From a virus (lineage: Duplodnaviria; Caudoviricetes), in IMG/VR virus record IMGVR_UViG_3300029288_000119, positions 29,503 to 93,502 of that record: DNA of 64,000 bases. One strand, written 5' to 3'. The notes under the pieces are model-generated. The model saw only the letters and a program-made list of their open reading frames with translations, did not search any database and was not told where the DNA came from. Every line of letters starts with the position of its first letter. Position 1 is the first letter of the stretch. Position numbers and translations under genes: made by a program. Of this stretch, positions 9,614-20,111 are shown in pieces.

Positions 9614-10708
9614 TTATGGATATAATTGTTGAACCAATTGTGAATTTTTCTCTATTTTGTCTATGGTTACCATGGAATTTTCAATAGAAGAACCAAAAAA
9701 TTGAAATTTAATTTTGCTAGATAAGCTTCTGTAAATATTCCATACCTGATCGGCTGTTGTTATATATAATTTTATTGATTCAATTGCTTCAGATGAATAA
9801 TCTTTACGAACATCTGCATATTTTTGCCAGTCAATAAGAGTAATGGCACGTAAAATCTGTTTTCCAAGAAGTGCTATTGATTTCTGGCCATTCTTTTTTG
9901 TTTTGATTATTATATTCTCCGTTTTATTCCGTAATCTTTGTTCGGGAGCTAATGTTGGATCATCATTAACTATCGTAATGTGTGTTCCATTTCTATTGTT
10001 TATCTCATTCGCTTTATTTACAAATTCCGACACGCTATGACTAGCATAACCAAATCTTTGAACTTGCCATGCATGAATCATTTCATGAATCATGACATCA
10101 CGAAATTGTTCATCTGACATATCAAAAAATGAAGACATTATTATTCTGACATTGCCGGATGGTGGATTCGATTGGGTTAAGTCCCTTTTATCATATTTAG
10201 CCAAACCAAGTTTCCGGCGCATTTGTGAATTCCAAGACAACGAAACTGGAATTATAATCTCATTGTGAAAAACATCCCTATTATATTCATTAAATTTTTG
10301 TTGAAGATCAAATTTATAGTCCCGACGTTCTTTTAACACATATCCCTCATAAATCATTTCTGGAGGCTCTTCAATGAGCTTCATTTTTTGAGGTGCTTCA
10401 ACTGTTATCTTTTTAAAATTGTTCTTCTTCGCAAAAAGAAATATTGTATCCTTTGTTGTATTATCAAGACGGTTGCAAAGAAAGTTACTTTCTCTATGAA
10501 CAATCCATCCTTTGCCAAGAAGGAAATCAGAATAATCAGAAAGAGATAAACCAGGATCCATATCAATGAATTCGTCGTTATAATATTTTTCAACGACATC
10601 TGGAGCGACTTCTGCATGTTCTTCACTCTTGATGGGAACTTCGATTTTCCCATCTCTTGAAATCCAATGACCTGCACCGAAGTATTTTTCGATGTCGTAA
10701 TCCATCAA
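9614..10708 (-). CDS. SprT-like zinc metalloprotease with an N-terminal extra domain
   Basis: FNEYNRDVF..LG.A..VMIHEMIHAWQ..SHSVSEF. Confidence 0.75.
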   Translation of the reverse strand: MMDYDIEKYFGAGHWISRDGKIEVPIKSEEHAEVAPDVVEKYYNDEFIDMDPGLSLSDYSDFLLGKGWIVHRESNFLCNRLDNTTKDTIFLFAKKNNFKKITVEAPQKMKLIEEPPEMIYEGYVLKERRDYKFDLQQKFNEYNRDVFHNEIIIPVSLSWNSQMRRKLGLAKYDKRDLTQSNPPSGNVRIIMSSFFDMSDEQFRDVMIHEMIHAWQVQRFGYASHSVSEFVNKANEINNRNGTHITIVNDDPTLAPEQRLRNKTENIIIKTKKNGQKSIALLGKQILRAITLIDWQKYADVRKDYSSEAIESIKLYITTADQVWNIYRSLSSKIKFQFFGSSIENSMVTIDKIEKNSQLVQQLYP

Positions 10709-11037
10709 TCAATTTCCTGAATGAATTTTTTTATTGCCGCGTCGATCTTTTTGTGTGCATCGAGAGAAGTTATTTCATTCTCATCACAATATTCTGAAAC
10801 GATGTTTGCGATCTGTTGAAGTTGATCTTTCATCTTTGCCATCTTTTGTTGAAGAGACTCTTTTTCCTTCTCAACTTCTCTTGCTTTATCAATGAGAATT
10901 CGAAAAGATTCTCGCTCTTTAAGAAAATATTCAATCGTTTCAACAAGTTTAGGCACTTCGATAGCTATCGTTGAATCCCACTTCGAGGCTCTTTCAACGA
11001 GCATTTTCAATTCTTGTAGATCTGTTAGAAGTTCCAT
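10705..11037 (-). CDS. coiled-coil hypothetical protein
   Basis: 110 aa, heptad-rich; ATAATTA-N4-ATG upstream. Confidence 0.55.
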   Translation of the reverse strand: MELLTDLQELKMLVERASKWDSTIAIEVPKLVETIEYFLKERESFRILIDKAREVEKEKESLQQKMAKMKDQLQQIANIVSEYCDENEITSLDAHKKIDAAIKKFIQEID

Positions 11038-11080
11038 ATCTTAATTATTTTGGAACTTGGAATTTGTAAATTATATTTCT

Positions 11081-11256
11081 CTAGGTAAACGTATCAATTA
11101 ATGCTTTTTGCACGTCGTCAAGTTCTTCTTCGCCAGATTCGGCATAGTAGCTTATACTTTCGAGATATGTAGCAATAGCATCATCTATATCTTTCTTACT
11201 AAGATTGTTTTCACTACTTTCTTCAATTCACTAAGTGTTGTTCTATAGACCTTCAT
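11081..11256 (-). pseudogene. leader-bearing small gene with a -1 frameshift
   Basis: GGAGGAGG SD; MKVYRTTLSELKKVVKTILVRKI* (stop 11185); -1 frame reads IEESSENNLSKKDIDDAIATYLES...DTFT* to 11081. Confidence 0.5.
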
Positions 11257-11278
11257 ATTATTCCTCCTCCTCTAACTA

Positions 11279-13204
11279 TTAACCAGAACCCGGTAACACC
11301 CAACAGTTCTCAGGTGTACCAGCTGCTAGGTCTGATGTGGCGTTCGCTGGCATTGCCTGAGCCGCTGAACCACCTAGTACCAGTGCAGCAGCACCCCAGG
11401 TTGGCGCTGCACCAGCATGTGCTAGTTGTGAACCACGTTTCACCCTGACCGCCGTGCCAGTGGCTGCTGCGTTACCACCAGCCATGGTGCCTAAAGACAC
11501 ATGGCAATCAGTTTCTATGTCGATAGCACCGTTGGCTCCGTAGTCCGTCGCGTTATTGCCTGAACCAGCAGGTAGAGTGAAAGCGGAACCAGCTGCTTGA
11601 GTGATCCTTGCTCCACGGCGAGCTCGTAACACGGGAGCAGCTGTACCACCCTCGCTGGGGTTGGTGGCTGACTTGGTAACGGCACCACCGAAGTGCACCT
11701 TGGCATTCGGCCCAACGTAGATGTCCGGGCCATCGCCTTTCCGAGCTGCAATGGTCAAGGCTGCCGAGAACTCGGCCTCACCGTCTTCGATGTACCAGTC
11801 GCCGTCGTCCCCCTTAAGGCTGGTGGGACATGCGTCCATCTGTAGTCTTCCGCCCTTTTCCACCTTGCAGCCGTACAGATTAGTGCCCGTACCGGTGTTG
11901 TTGCCATCAATAGTAGCAGAGGCCAACTGCAGCATCCCTAAGGTATCCACCCAAATTAGGCCAGAAGCAATTCCAGCAGCAGAAACATCCAGAAACGAAA
12001 GTTTCGATACACTACCTACAGCACCACGGTAAAAACGAACAGCGGTTGTGCCAGAACACTTTACGATCAAATTGCTTAGGTGTGAAGTACCAAGATATTC
12101 ACAGATGACCCCAATTGTGCAGCAATACTGTATGTAAATAGATAGTGGGTTCATTACGCAATGTACAATATTAGCAAAGAACCCACCAAAAAAGACATAG
12201 TTAGACGCTTCTGCACGTAGCGAGCCATTGGCTGTCACATCGGTTGTCCAAGACCCACAACGACAAGTTTCACTCGTTCCGGGAGAACCAAGTAGACCAA
12301 ACTCGGCCGCGAGTACTCTGGACACATAGAAGTTGTCTGACTCGATACAGGATCGTACTTCCCAACAATGGGACACTCGAATAGGCAGTGTTCCGGTCGC
12401 TTTTACTGAAAATCGCAGCCCATTTGTTTGCACTGCGGAGAAGCGCTCGCAAGTAATACCAAGAACCACATTTGCGGGCCATGCGAAAGCTGTGTTCCAG
12501 GACTGCCCTCTTTGGTAGCCATATCGAAGGTTTTGAATCCCAGATACGGACGGCTCGCGTATGCTGACGGAGACCGTGCCACCACCAACCAGCCATGCCG
12601 GAACCGATGCTGTGCTAATCGTTACGGTACCACCGGACACCCGCAGCGCTTGATACACGATACGATTTGTTCCCAGGGTAAACACCAACCAGCGTCCCTC
12701 ATCTGCGGCGGCTGGAACCCAGCCATTGAAGGTAAGTTCCCGCATTCCATGTGCTAGCGCTGTTGCAGCCACGGTGTTGACTGTTCCGGTCGCCACAATG
12801 GTCCAGTCATCCACGTGGTGGATCACGTTGACCGTCGTTGAACCAGCAAGGGCACCAGCTAGAATCAGGTCCTCATTGGCAAATGTCCCACGGACGTAGA
12901 TGTCAATTCTTAGATTACCTGGATTCGATGCGAGGATACCCTCCACCTGAGCCTGTACATGCGCCAGCGTCTTCCAGGCAGCAGCCCATGAAGAGCCGTC
13001 GTTGGCGTCATCTCCGAGAGTCCCGTCGACGTAATATCTTCTTATATTCGTATCTGTGATAATAATTGTCTGTTCTGTTGTTGTTCGAACATCGCTTGTT
13101 ATTGTCCAACCATTGCTATATTGATCGATTATTGACTGTCTATTTGCGTCATAATCATTGCTCGTTCCATCGAATGTAAATGAAAACGTTTGTGTTGTTG
13201 TCAT
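11279..13204 (-). CDS. putative tail spike/fibre, beta-helix receptor-binding protein (GC-rich)
   Basis: YYVDGTLGDDANDGSSWAAAWKTL motif typical of pectate-lyase-like beta-helix N-termini; G/A/T-rich; GC far above flanks. Confidence 0.6.
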   Translation of the reverse strand: MTTTQTFSFTFDGTSNDYDANRQSIIDQYSNGWTITSDVRTTTEQTIIITDTNIRRYYVDGTLGDDANDGSSWAAAWKTLAHVQAQVEGILASNPGNLRIDIYVRGTFANEDLILAGALAGSTTVNVIHHVDDWTIVATGTVNTVAATALAHGMRELTFNGWVPAAADEGRWLVFTLGTNRIVYQALRVSGGTVTISTASVPAWLVGGGTVSVSIREPSVSGIQNLRYGYQRGQSWNTAFAWPANVVLGITCERFSAVQTNGLRFSVKATGTLPIRVSHCWEVRSCIESDNFYVSRVLAAEFGLLGSPGTSETCRCGSWTTDVTANGSLRAEASNYVFFGGFFANIVHCVMNPLSIYIQYCCTIGVICEYLGTSHLSNLIVKCSGTTAVRFYRGAVGSVSKLSFLDVSAAGIASGLIWVDTLGMLQLASATIDGNNTGTGTNLYGCKVEKGGRLQMDACPTSLKGDDGDWYIEDGEAEFSAALTIAARKGDGPDIYVGPNAKVHFGGAVTKSATNPSEGGTAAPVLRARRGARITQAAGSAFTLPAGSGNNATDYGANGAIDIETDCHVSLGTMAGGNAAATGTAVRVKRGSQLAHAGAAPTWGAAALVLGGSAAQAMPANATSDLAAGTPENCWVLPGSG

Positions 13205-13250
13205 TTATCTTCCATTATAATTATCGTCCTATCCCAAAAATCATTTCAAT

Positions 13251-13871
13251 TCATAACTTTTTCGATTCCATCTTGACAACATTCATTGGATCATATTCAT
13301 AATCCGTATCATCTTTCGAAAAAATCATCCCCCAATGATCGAGTTTCTTCTCTTCTCCTTCTGGAGTCACATTAGAATCATGCCATCTCTTATCGAATTC
13401 TTCAAAGGGAATATATGCTCTTACGACAGATGATGGATCTTCGAAAATAATTTCTTTGTCAGTATAGCCAACAGCGATAACATAATGTCCTTCATTCCAT
13501 TCTTCAATCCAATCATCTTCATCTTTCTTTTCTTTATCTGGCCAAGCTTGAATGAGCATGAGGACTGGTTTATCTTTATCGAGAAGTTTCTTAAGAGAGT
13601 CAATTGTGAGACCTGTTAACTGCTTCGTTTTGATGCCATATTCTTTCTTAAGAACTTTTTCAATATTTTCTGCTGACGTTCCATCATCTTCACTTACATC
13701 GAGGCTATCAAGGAGATTTTCTTCTCTTTCATCGATACCAAAGAATGCAAGAATACATAGGACTGCGGAAGCACCACAATCATACGCATAAACTTGTCGA
13801 AACTCAGGAAATTCAATGAGCTTTTGTACATCAAGTTTTCGTTCGAGTATTAAGTCTATTAGTTTTTTCAT
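13251..13871 (-). CDS. C39-family cysteine peptidase with leader
   Basis: RQVYAYDCGASA (Q/C), GHYVIAVG (H), FEDP (D); MKKLIDLILE leader, ATGA-coupled start at 13871. Confidence 0.8.
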   Translation of the reverse strand: MKKLIDLILERKLDVQKLIEFPEFRQVYAYDCGASAVLCILAFFGIDEREENLLDSLDVSEDDGTSAENIEKVLKKEYGIKTKQLTGLTIDSLKKLLDKDKPVLMLIQAWPDKEKKDEDDWIEEWNEGHYVIAVGYTDKEIIFEDPSSVVRAYIPFEEFDKRWHDSNVTPEGEEKKLDHWGMIFSKDDTDYEYDPMNVVKMESKKL

Positions 13872-15757
13872 ATTTCTCTCCAAGCATCGCCATTTCTAAT
13901 TCTAATTGATTTTATCGCTTGTGGCGGAATATGATGATATGTCCAAATTGATCCAAACATAACATTTGCATCTTTATAGAAATTAACTTTCTTTCTTATC
14001 TTTGTTGTATCAATTTCAATAATAGCGACATCATCAATGCTTTTTATGTTGTGCTCCATTTCTTGCGCCATGTCTACAATTTCATCACCGGGCCAAGTCG
14101 TAAAAAAGTAAACTCTATCTGGATAAGGAAAAACTTTTGATGAACCCTTGGGTATTATACCACGCTTCTTTATATTGTTAACATTGTTTATTGAAGTGAA
14201 GTGATAGATATCTTGTGGTAAATTAAGAATTCCGCTCTTCGGATTTTCTGATGTTATTTTTTCAGTATAAAATGGCTGAATGACTATTTCATACTCATAA
14301 CTCTTATCTTCATCAAAGTTTGGTAAATGCCCTTGTTTCTTTGAAATAAACCAACCGATTTTCTTTAATTTGCTGTTAATATTTTCAATGTCAGTTTCTT
14401 TACAATAAAATACAAAACTATTCCAGTTCTTATCTAGTAATAAATCGAGGTTTGAAAATCCTTTTTCACCAGCTTCATCTTCATTGTTCTCTTTGTTATC
14501 GAGTTCTCTTACATTACGAACGATATATGACCATAGCTCTTTTGGACTTATTGGTTTCACTTTAGCTTCTTTTAATACTTGACCATGTATAATTTTCGAT
14601 TCACTTAGTTTATATTTACATTCATATTCTTTCCACCACATTAGAAGTTCATCGAATTTCGAGACAAATGATTTCCCATGTGCATCAAAACGGAGCTTTG
14701 TCGCGTAAATAAGAGCCTCTTCTTGATCAGCTCCACTCAGTTCACTTATATCATCGACGCCATAAGCTTGCTTCAAATATTTTCTATTGACAACTCTCTT
14801 AAATTCGTCATCTGTTGCCTTACCAAGATTGAGATAATGGGCAAGTTCATGAAGTGTTGCATGTACTGTTGTTGGCTGTCGAAGAAATATTTTTCCAAAA
14901 ACTTGATATTCTTGTCTTCCCATAGCTTGTTTTATAGTTGGCGGATTCACAACTCCAAAATGTTCACATGCTTTTTTGATTAGCTGCCGAGCTTCATCGA
15001 AGTTTATTCGAATAGTTATCGCAAGTTTCATAATATCGAGTGCACTTGTGAGCTTACAAACTTTGTTGTACTCACCGGGAAGTTTCTGTTCGATGATTTG
15101 TTTAGTTAAATATTGATACATATAAGTTAAAAACAATTTCATGACCGGATCATTAAAATCAAAGTGTTCAGTATATTGCCAAAACACTTCGCTTTCTTCT
15201 ATGCCTGGATTAATTTCTCTGTTCTGTGGTTCCCTTAATTTTTGCAATATTTGTTTTTTTGAATAACCAACATTTAAAAATTCATTAACTGCACTCTTAG
15301 CATTAGCCATAATTTCTCGTTTATCACTTAAATATGTGAAATTCGATGCCATGTTAACCGATTTGATTTCACTAGATCTAGTTAGTTGTTCTCTATGAAC
15401 AAGCTCATGAGATATTATTGAATCAAGTACGTTTAAGAAAGATTTAAACCATTGTGAGTCATCCAATTCTTCCCAAATGTCATTGTTTAATATTATGTGT
15501 ATATTCAATTTATCGTCAATATATCCTTCAACAACTCCAACTTTGGCATAATCATCACGATTACTTTCTCTTGCATCAATATCAAAATAGATAGAATGTT
15601 GAAAAAAAATGTCATTAAGTATGTTAACAACATCCATGGAAGATAAGTCGGATGTAAATTTGTTGATGTTTTTGTTTAATTCGTCTTTCACGAATGTGGC
15701 ATCAACATCAATGGCCGATTCCATTATTTGCCACAATAATGAATTGTTGCATATCAT
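13868..15757 (-). CDS. multidomain protein: two HExxH zincin-like modules plus a C-terminal Tpt1/KptA-like ADP-ribosyltransferase-fold domain
   Basis: ISHELVHREQ; LHELAHYL..HGKSF; IYHFTS..NIKKRGIIP..RVYF..IEIDT..FYKD..HIPPQAI. Confidence 0.6.
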   Translation of the reverse strand: MICNNSLLWQIMESAIDVDATFVKDELNKNINKFTSDLSSMDVVNILNDIFFQHSIYFDIDARESNRDDYAKVGVVEGYIDDKLNIHIILNNDIWEELDDSQWFKSFLNVLDSIISHELVHREQLTRSSEIKSVNMASNFTYLSDKREIMANAKSAVNEFLNVGYSKKQILQKLREPQNREINPGIEESEVFWQYTEHFDFNDPVMKLFLTYMYQYLTKQIIEQKLPGEYNKVCKLTSALDIMKLAITIRINFDEARQLIKKACEHFGVVNPPTIKQAMGRQEYQVFGKIFLRQPTTVHATLHELAHYLNLGKATDDEFKRVVNRKYLKQAYGVDDISELSGADQEEALIYATKLRFDAHGKSFVSKFDELLMWWKEYECKYKLSESKIIHGQVLKEAKVKPISPKELWSYIVRNVRELDNKENNEDEAGEKGFSNLDLLLDKNWNSFVFYCKETDIENINSKLKKIGWFISKKQGHLPNFDEDKSYEYEIVIQPFYTEKITSENPKSGILNLPQDIYHFTSINNVNNIKKRGIIPKGSSKVFPYPDRVYFFTTWPGDEIVDMAQEMEHNIKSIDDVAIIEIDTTKIRKKVNFYKDANVMFGSIWTYHHIPPQAIKSIRIRNGDAWREI

Positions 15758-15815
15758 CTTTTTATTCCGGATAGAGCTTTGTCAAAAAATGATTTGTATT
15801 TTCCGTTGTACATTG

Positions 15816-17162
15816 TTAAACAACCTTAAACTTCCAATTATTATCATGATATGTTTCATACGTTCGATTTCTTCTTATCTTCAATACGATCTCATAATAA
15901 TTGTTTATGTTGAATGACGACATTGGAAGTTGGAAATAATGTCCCTCTCCATCATAACTCAATTTCGTATAATCCGATGCCGATATAACTGTCCAATCAT
16001 TAATATAATCATGTATTTCATAAAAGGCATTATCAAATACTCTTATCGGGACTACATTCCATGGCGATTCAAATGAATTTAGCTCCCATTCATAATCTCG
16101 TATATTCACATTAAATCTAACAAATTCGTCGTATTTGTATTCATCATCCACATCAATAGAAACTAACAATTTTTGTTGCTGCGCTGATTGTGATCCCGTG
16201 TGCTGATAAACAGAAATTGAACCTGTCATATAATCAATACCACCAGAAGACCACACATCCCACAATTGCGATCCGGTAAACGATGGTATATAAATTGTTG
16301 AAGCATAAATACCGGTACTAATCCATGATGAAGTAAATGATGCTGAAAATGATGAAGATCCAGAGTTCACATTATCATATAAAGTAACATCCATCGATCC
16401 AGAACCAACCAATGGAAGATCCTCAAAATTTCCATCATAAAGATTATAAAAATAGATAGAACCACTACGACCAATAATTGTATATCCCCTACGATCTTTC
16501 ATAACATCGGGAACTTTTATTTCAATCCATGGCCATTTATTTTTATCAGTTGAATGTCGCGAATAAAATCTCTTTATATAATAATCAACATCGTTTTGTT
16601 CTTCGGTGTCCGTTAACTTTACAATTAATCCATTTGATCCAGAATTGATCCAATAATTCCAAATTGATGTAATATCTCCGTTAAGATCTTCTATACCAGA
16701 ATCAAAACTAAATGAGCAACCAACTGAGCCAATATAATCAGAACCAGTATTTGTCCAAATTGCAGTTGATGATGCGCTAAGCCATGAACAATAACCATAG
16801 TCCCACATATCAATTCCAACACCTTCACTAAATGAGCGAGACATTGGGTGGGCTACCAAATAATATGATGTCGGAACAGTATCACCATGAACAATGTTAT
16901 ATAGGTGTAATGAACACGAAATTGAACTTGAAGATAACGAATAATAATTCATAACGGAATCATATGATGATGTATCAAATTGTAACAAAATACGACCATA
17001 AGAATCACCACCTCTAAGTGAACTAGAGGTAGTATCTAATGATTTATATACACTAAGAACAGGCGACGCTCCAAAATTTGTGTCCCATGATTGACTACGA
17101 AAGTTATTCGCAAAGTCATTAATTATATAGGTATCTTTTGATGCCGGTATTCGTATGATCAT
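15816..17162 (-). CDS. virion structural protein (DNRLRE-like beta domain)
   Basis: IPASKDTYI..TNFG..RILLQFD; S-rich; lies in the baseplate cluster with the late motif upstream. Confidence 0.55.
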   Translation of the reverse strand: MIIRIPASKDTYIINDFANNFRSQSWDTNFGASPVLSVYKSLDTTSSSLRGGDSYGRILLQFDTSSYDSVMNYYSLSSSSISCSLHLYNIVHGDTVPTSYYLVAHPMSRSFSEGVGIDMWDYGYCSWLSASSTAIWTNTGSDYIGSVGCSFSFDSGIEDLNGDITSIWNYWINSGSNGLIVKLTDTEEQNDVDYYIKRFYSRHSTDKNKWPWIEIKVPDVMKDRRGYTIIGRSGSIYFYNLYDGNFEDLPLVGSGSMDVTLYDNVNSGSSSFSASFTSSWISTGIYASTIYIPSFTGSQLWDVWSSGGIDYMTGSISVYQHTGSQSAQQQKLLVSIDVDDEYKYDEFVRFNVNIRDYEWELNSFESPWNVVPIRVFDNAFYEIHDYINDWTVISASDYTKLSYDGEGHYFQLPMSSFNINNYYEIVLKIRRNRTYETYHDNNWKFKVV

Positions 17163-17190
17163 ATTTTAATTATTATTCTTATAAATACAA

Positions 17191-18954
17191 TTATAATATA
17201 ACACCGGAAATTGAAGATACATCGTTAGTCAATTGAAATATTGAAAAATCGGGACAATAGTAAATTCCATTATCTTCAACAATTGATGAATTGGTAAATC
17301 TATATGTCACATCAGCAACAGAATATACCCCATCTATGTTTTGTAATCCTTGGATTATTTCTGATTTTATAATTGGTTCTCCAATGTTTCTAATACTTTT
17401 GTCGAAATATCCCCTTAAGAAATTCAAACAAAGAGCCAGAATTGTTTGTCTATTAGTATTTGGTTCAGCTATTACCTTAAACGATACTGTAAAATTAATA
17501 ATGTCTGCAGCCGACATATATATAGTATCGGTTAGCATTGCATATCTTTTCAAATATGTACGAAGATTTTTCTTTAATGTTTCTGTTGGTTCTGAATAAT
17601 TTCCATTCTCATCATATGTTAACATGCTAATATCAACGACATTGGAAGATCTACAATTTTTCTGAATTTGGGCTTTACAAATACTACCTGCAATACTTGG
17701 CATCGAAAATAGTCGCATTATATAATCATCAGCAGTTACACATCTATCTTGTGCAGCAAAATTGGCTTTTGCAAATTGTTTAATTTCGAATAAAGTGAGT
17801 TCATCCCTACCACCCTGTGATGGTTGTGCATTATTTGTAGATATCGAATTGATTGCTGCTGATTTTGTTGCGTCATTGAGTCCGGTATATCTAAACTCAA
17901 CAATGGCATTATCAACTTTTCTAATTGTGTTCGATGGAACAACACTTGATGCCCCACCACCAGATCTATAATATACATCCAACACGGTATTATATGGAGC
18001 TATTCCCATAGTTTTGGAATTAACCAATTTCTGTGGGTCTATTGAATATCCAGAAAAATAGGATTTCCCATATAGTGGTATTGATATTTCAGCAGTATTA
18101 GGTATTATTGTATCGTCATCGGTTTCTTCTTTACCCGAACCAAAATTTAGCGATAAATATCCGGTATTATAATCAAATTCCGTCACGAATCTTCTTGGCA
18201 CTCTTCTTAATTTCAATACGTATGGTACTAATGTACTGTCATAATCTGTATTTACTGATGCCTCGAATACAGTATCCTGTGATAAATAATCAACTTGATA
18301 CCATTTATTACCACTTATATCAATTACATCATTTATATCAATTGTATCAGCATCATCAATTATTAATTTTCTATATCGTATAAAATCATTAATATTAAAT
18401 GTTTTCTTTTTGGTTTGGGCAGAAACTGCAAGTGTAGATCTTTGTAATGCAAAGTATTCAATTACACCAGTTGATGAATTTATAGCTTGGTATGAATCGG
18501 ATCCGGTAGCTTTTGAAAAATCCACATCATATAATGTTTCAAATTTCGTTCCGTTATTCGCTAAAACTGTGGATCCACGTTTAACAATTGGTGCATATTG
18601 ATAATTTGGAAGTGGTATTCCAGTAGAATATTCTGCAGGAACAGATATATAAAATGTTTGATCGACCAACGATGCAGCCTTAAGAGGAGGTTTATAACCA
18701 AGCATTTTAGCTATTTTATAAACTGATTCTTTTTGTACAGCAAGATCTATGTCTAACTCATTAATTACCCTATTTAGATAAAAGGAAAGCATATCAGATG
18801 AAGCTGCAAGAACATCCAACAATGCTTGGGACGTACTACCCTCAGAAAAATCCCTCCACGTAGAGGGGTAGTACGCCTTTAGTATATTAACAAACGATTC
18901 ATTGAATGAAGCGAAGTCTTGTCCCAAATAAGACAATTGTATATTATTCACCAT
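17191..18954 (-). CDS. baseplate wedge subunit (T4 gp6/P2 gpJ-like)
   Basis: DFSE.S..ALLDVLA..DMLSFYL, AKMLGYKP, YRSGGG, GGRDE, AQDRCVTADDY. Confidence 0.85.
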   Translation of the reverse strand: MVNNIQLSYLGQDFASFNESFVNILKAYYPSTWRDFSEGSTSQALLDVLAASSDMLSFYLNRVINELDIDLAVQKESVYKIAKMLGYKPPLKAASLVDQTFYISVPAEYSTGIPLPNYQYAPIVKRGSTVLANNGTKFETLYDVDFSKATGSDSYQAINSSTGVIEYFALQRSTLAVSAQTKKKTFNINDFIRYRKLIIDDADTIDINDVIDISGNKWYQVDYLSQDTVFEASVNTDYDSTLVPYVLKLRRVPRRFVTEFDYNTGYLSLNFGSGKEETDDDTIIPNTAEISIPLYGKSYFSGYSIDPQKLVNSKTMGIAPYNTVLDVYYRSGGGASSVVPSNTIRKVDNAIVEFRYTGLNDATKSAAINSISTNNAQPSQGGRDELTLFEIKQFAKANFAAQDRCVTADDYIMRLFSMPSIAGSICKAQIQKNCRSSNVVDISMLTYDENGNYSEPTETLKKNLRTYLKRYAMLTDTIYMSAADIINFTVSFKVIAEPNTNRQTILALCLNFLRGYFDKSIRNIGEPIIKSEIIQGLQNIDGVYSVADVTYRFTNSSIVEDNGIYYCPDFSIFQLTNDVSSISGVIL

Positions 18955-20081
18955 TTTATTTTCCTCAATGAGACATTATTTTGTCTTAATATTTGATATA
19001 TAGAAGCATAACTAATTCCATTAGATAATTTACGTATTTCATCTATTTTTAAATTAGAATTGTATAAATTAACAACTTTTTGCGCATCTATTATGTGTTT
19101 TTTATGATTCTCTCGTAATGTAATATTATTCTTAGCAAGCAATTTATATAAATAATTTATACTTATGTCATAATTATTTGATATTTGTTTGATATCAAAT
19201 CCATTTTTATAGTCTAAAACAATTTTTCTCACATCTAAATCGGACAATTTATTGTTTTGTTTTTTACCGACATCTTTTTCCGCTAATACAAATGATTTAA
19301 AATAAGTCTCCTTACGTGATAGGGATATTGTAGAATTATGATACATTAAATAATAAATTTTAGAAACTTGATTAATGCCACCATAATGAACTGACCATGC
19401 ACCTTTATGTGATATTATTTTTGTTTTATCTAAGCTGCATACATTCATCAACCATAATTGCATTTTTTTACAAAATTCACAATTGGATAAAACAGATACA
19501 TATTTAGTTTTTCCATTATGTACACAACCATCGCCATCAAAATAACCACGAAAGAAATGGATTAATAAGTGCGTTGGAACAATATTTTCAGCAGGCCATC
19601 GAATTATATTGGTTTTTTTTTGTGGACATCCTTTATTAATTAGATCACGTACCATGGATCGAGAACTTATTATTATTCTAGCTCTTGTTCTGAATTTCTT
19701 ATATTTTTTATCGTAAAAAACTTGTTTAGTAATACCATGATTTGAATGAAGACAATTTAAAAATTTTTGTAAATGATTACGATCTTTCCATTGTAAATTA
19801 ATCGCAACACCATCGCGTACCACTGCTCCATCCGCATAAAGAAAACCCAACCAATAAGCTTTCTCTTGAGAATTTATTATTTTAAAAAAATCCCAATTAC
19901 ATTGGTATTTATGTGTACCCCATGATTTAGTTAATCCCTGCTTTTTTAACGTTCGATATATTGTTCTATGGCAAATTTTGTATTTATTTTCCAAATTACT
20001 ATATGATAAGCCATTTTTGTAATCTTCACAAATTTCATTTTTTGTGTTTTCTGACATATTATTTATGGTTATTCTATTCAT
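18948..20081 (-). mobile_element. free-standing LAGLIDADG homing endonuclease with HTH repeats
   Basis: EKAYWLGFLYADG and HFFRGYFDGDG. Confidence 0.85.
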
Positions 20082-20111
20082 GTTGTTTTATTATATATCA
20101 ATTTCTTTCAA

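Noticed and set aside
11515-13059. Several overlapping ORFs inside the GC-rich spike gene
   Set aside because: Expected by-product of high GC (fewer stops); no SD or motifs.
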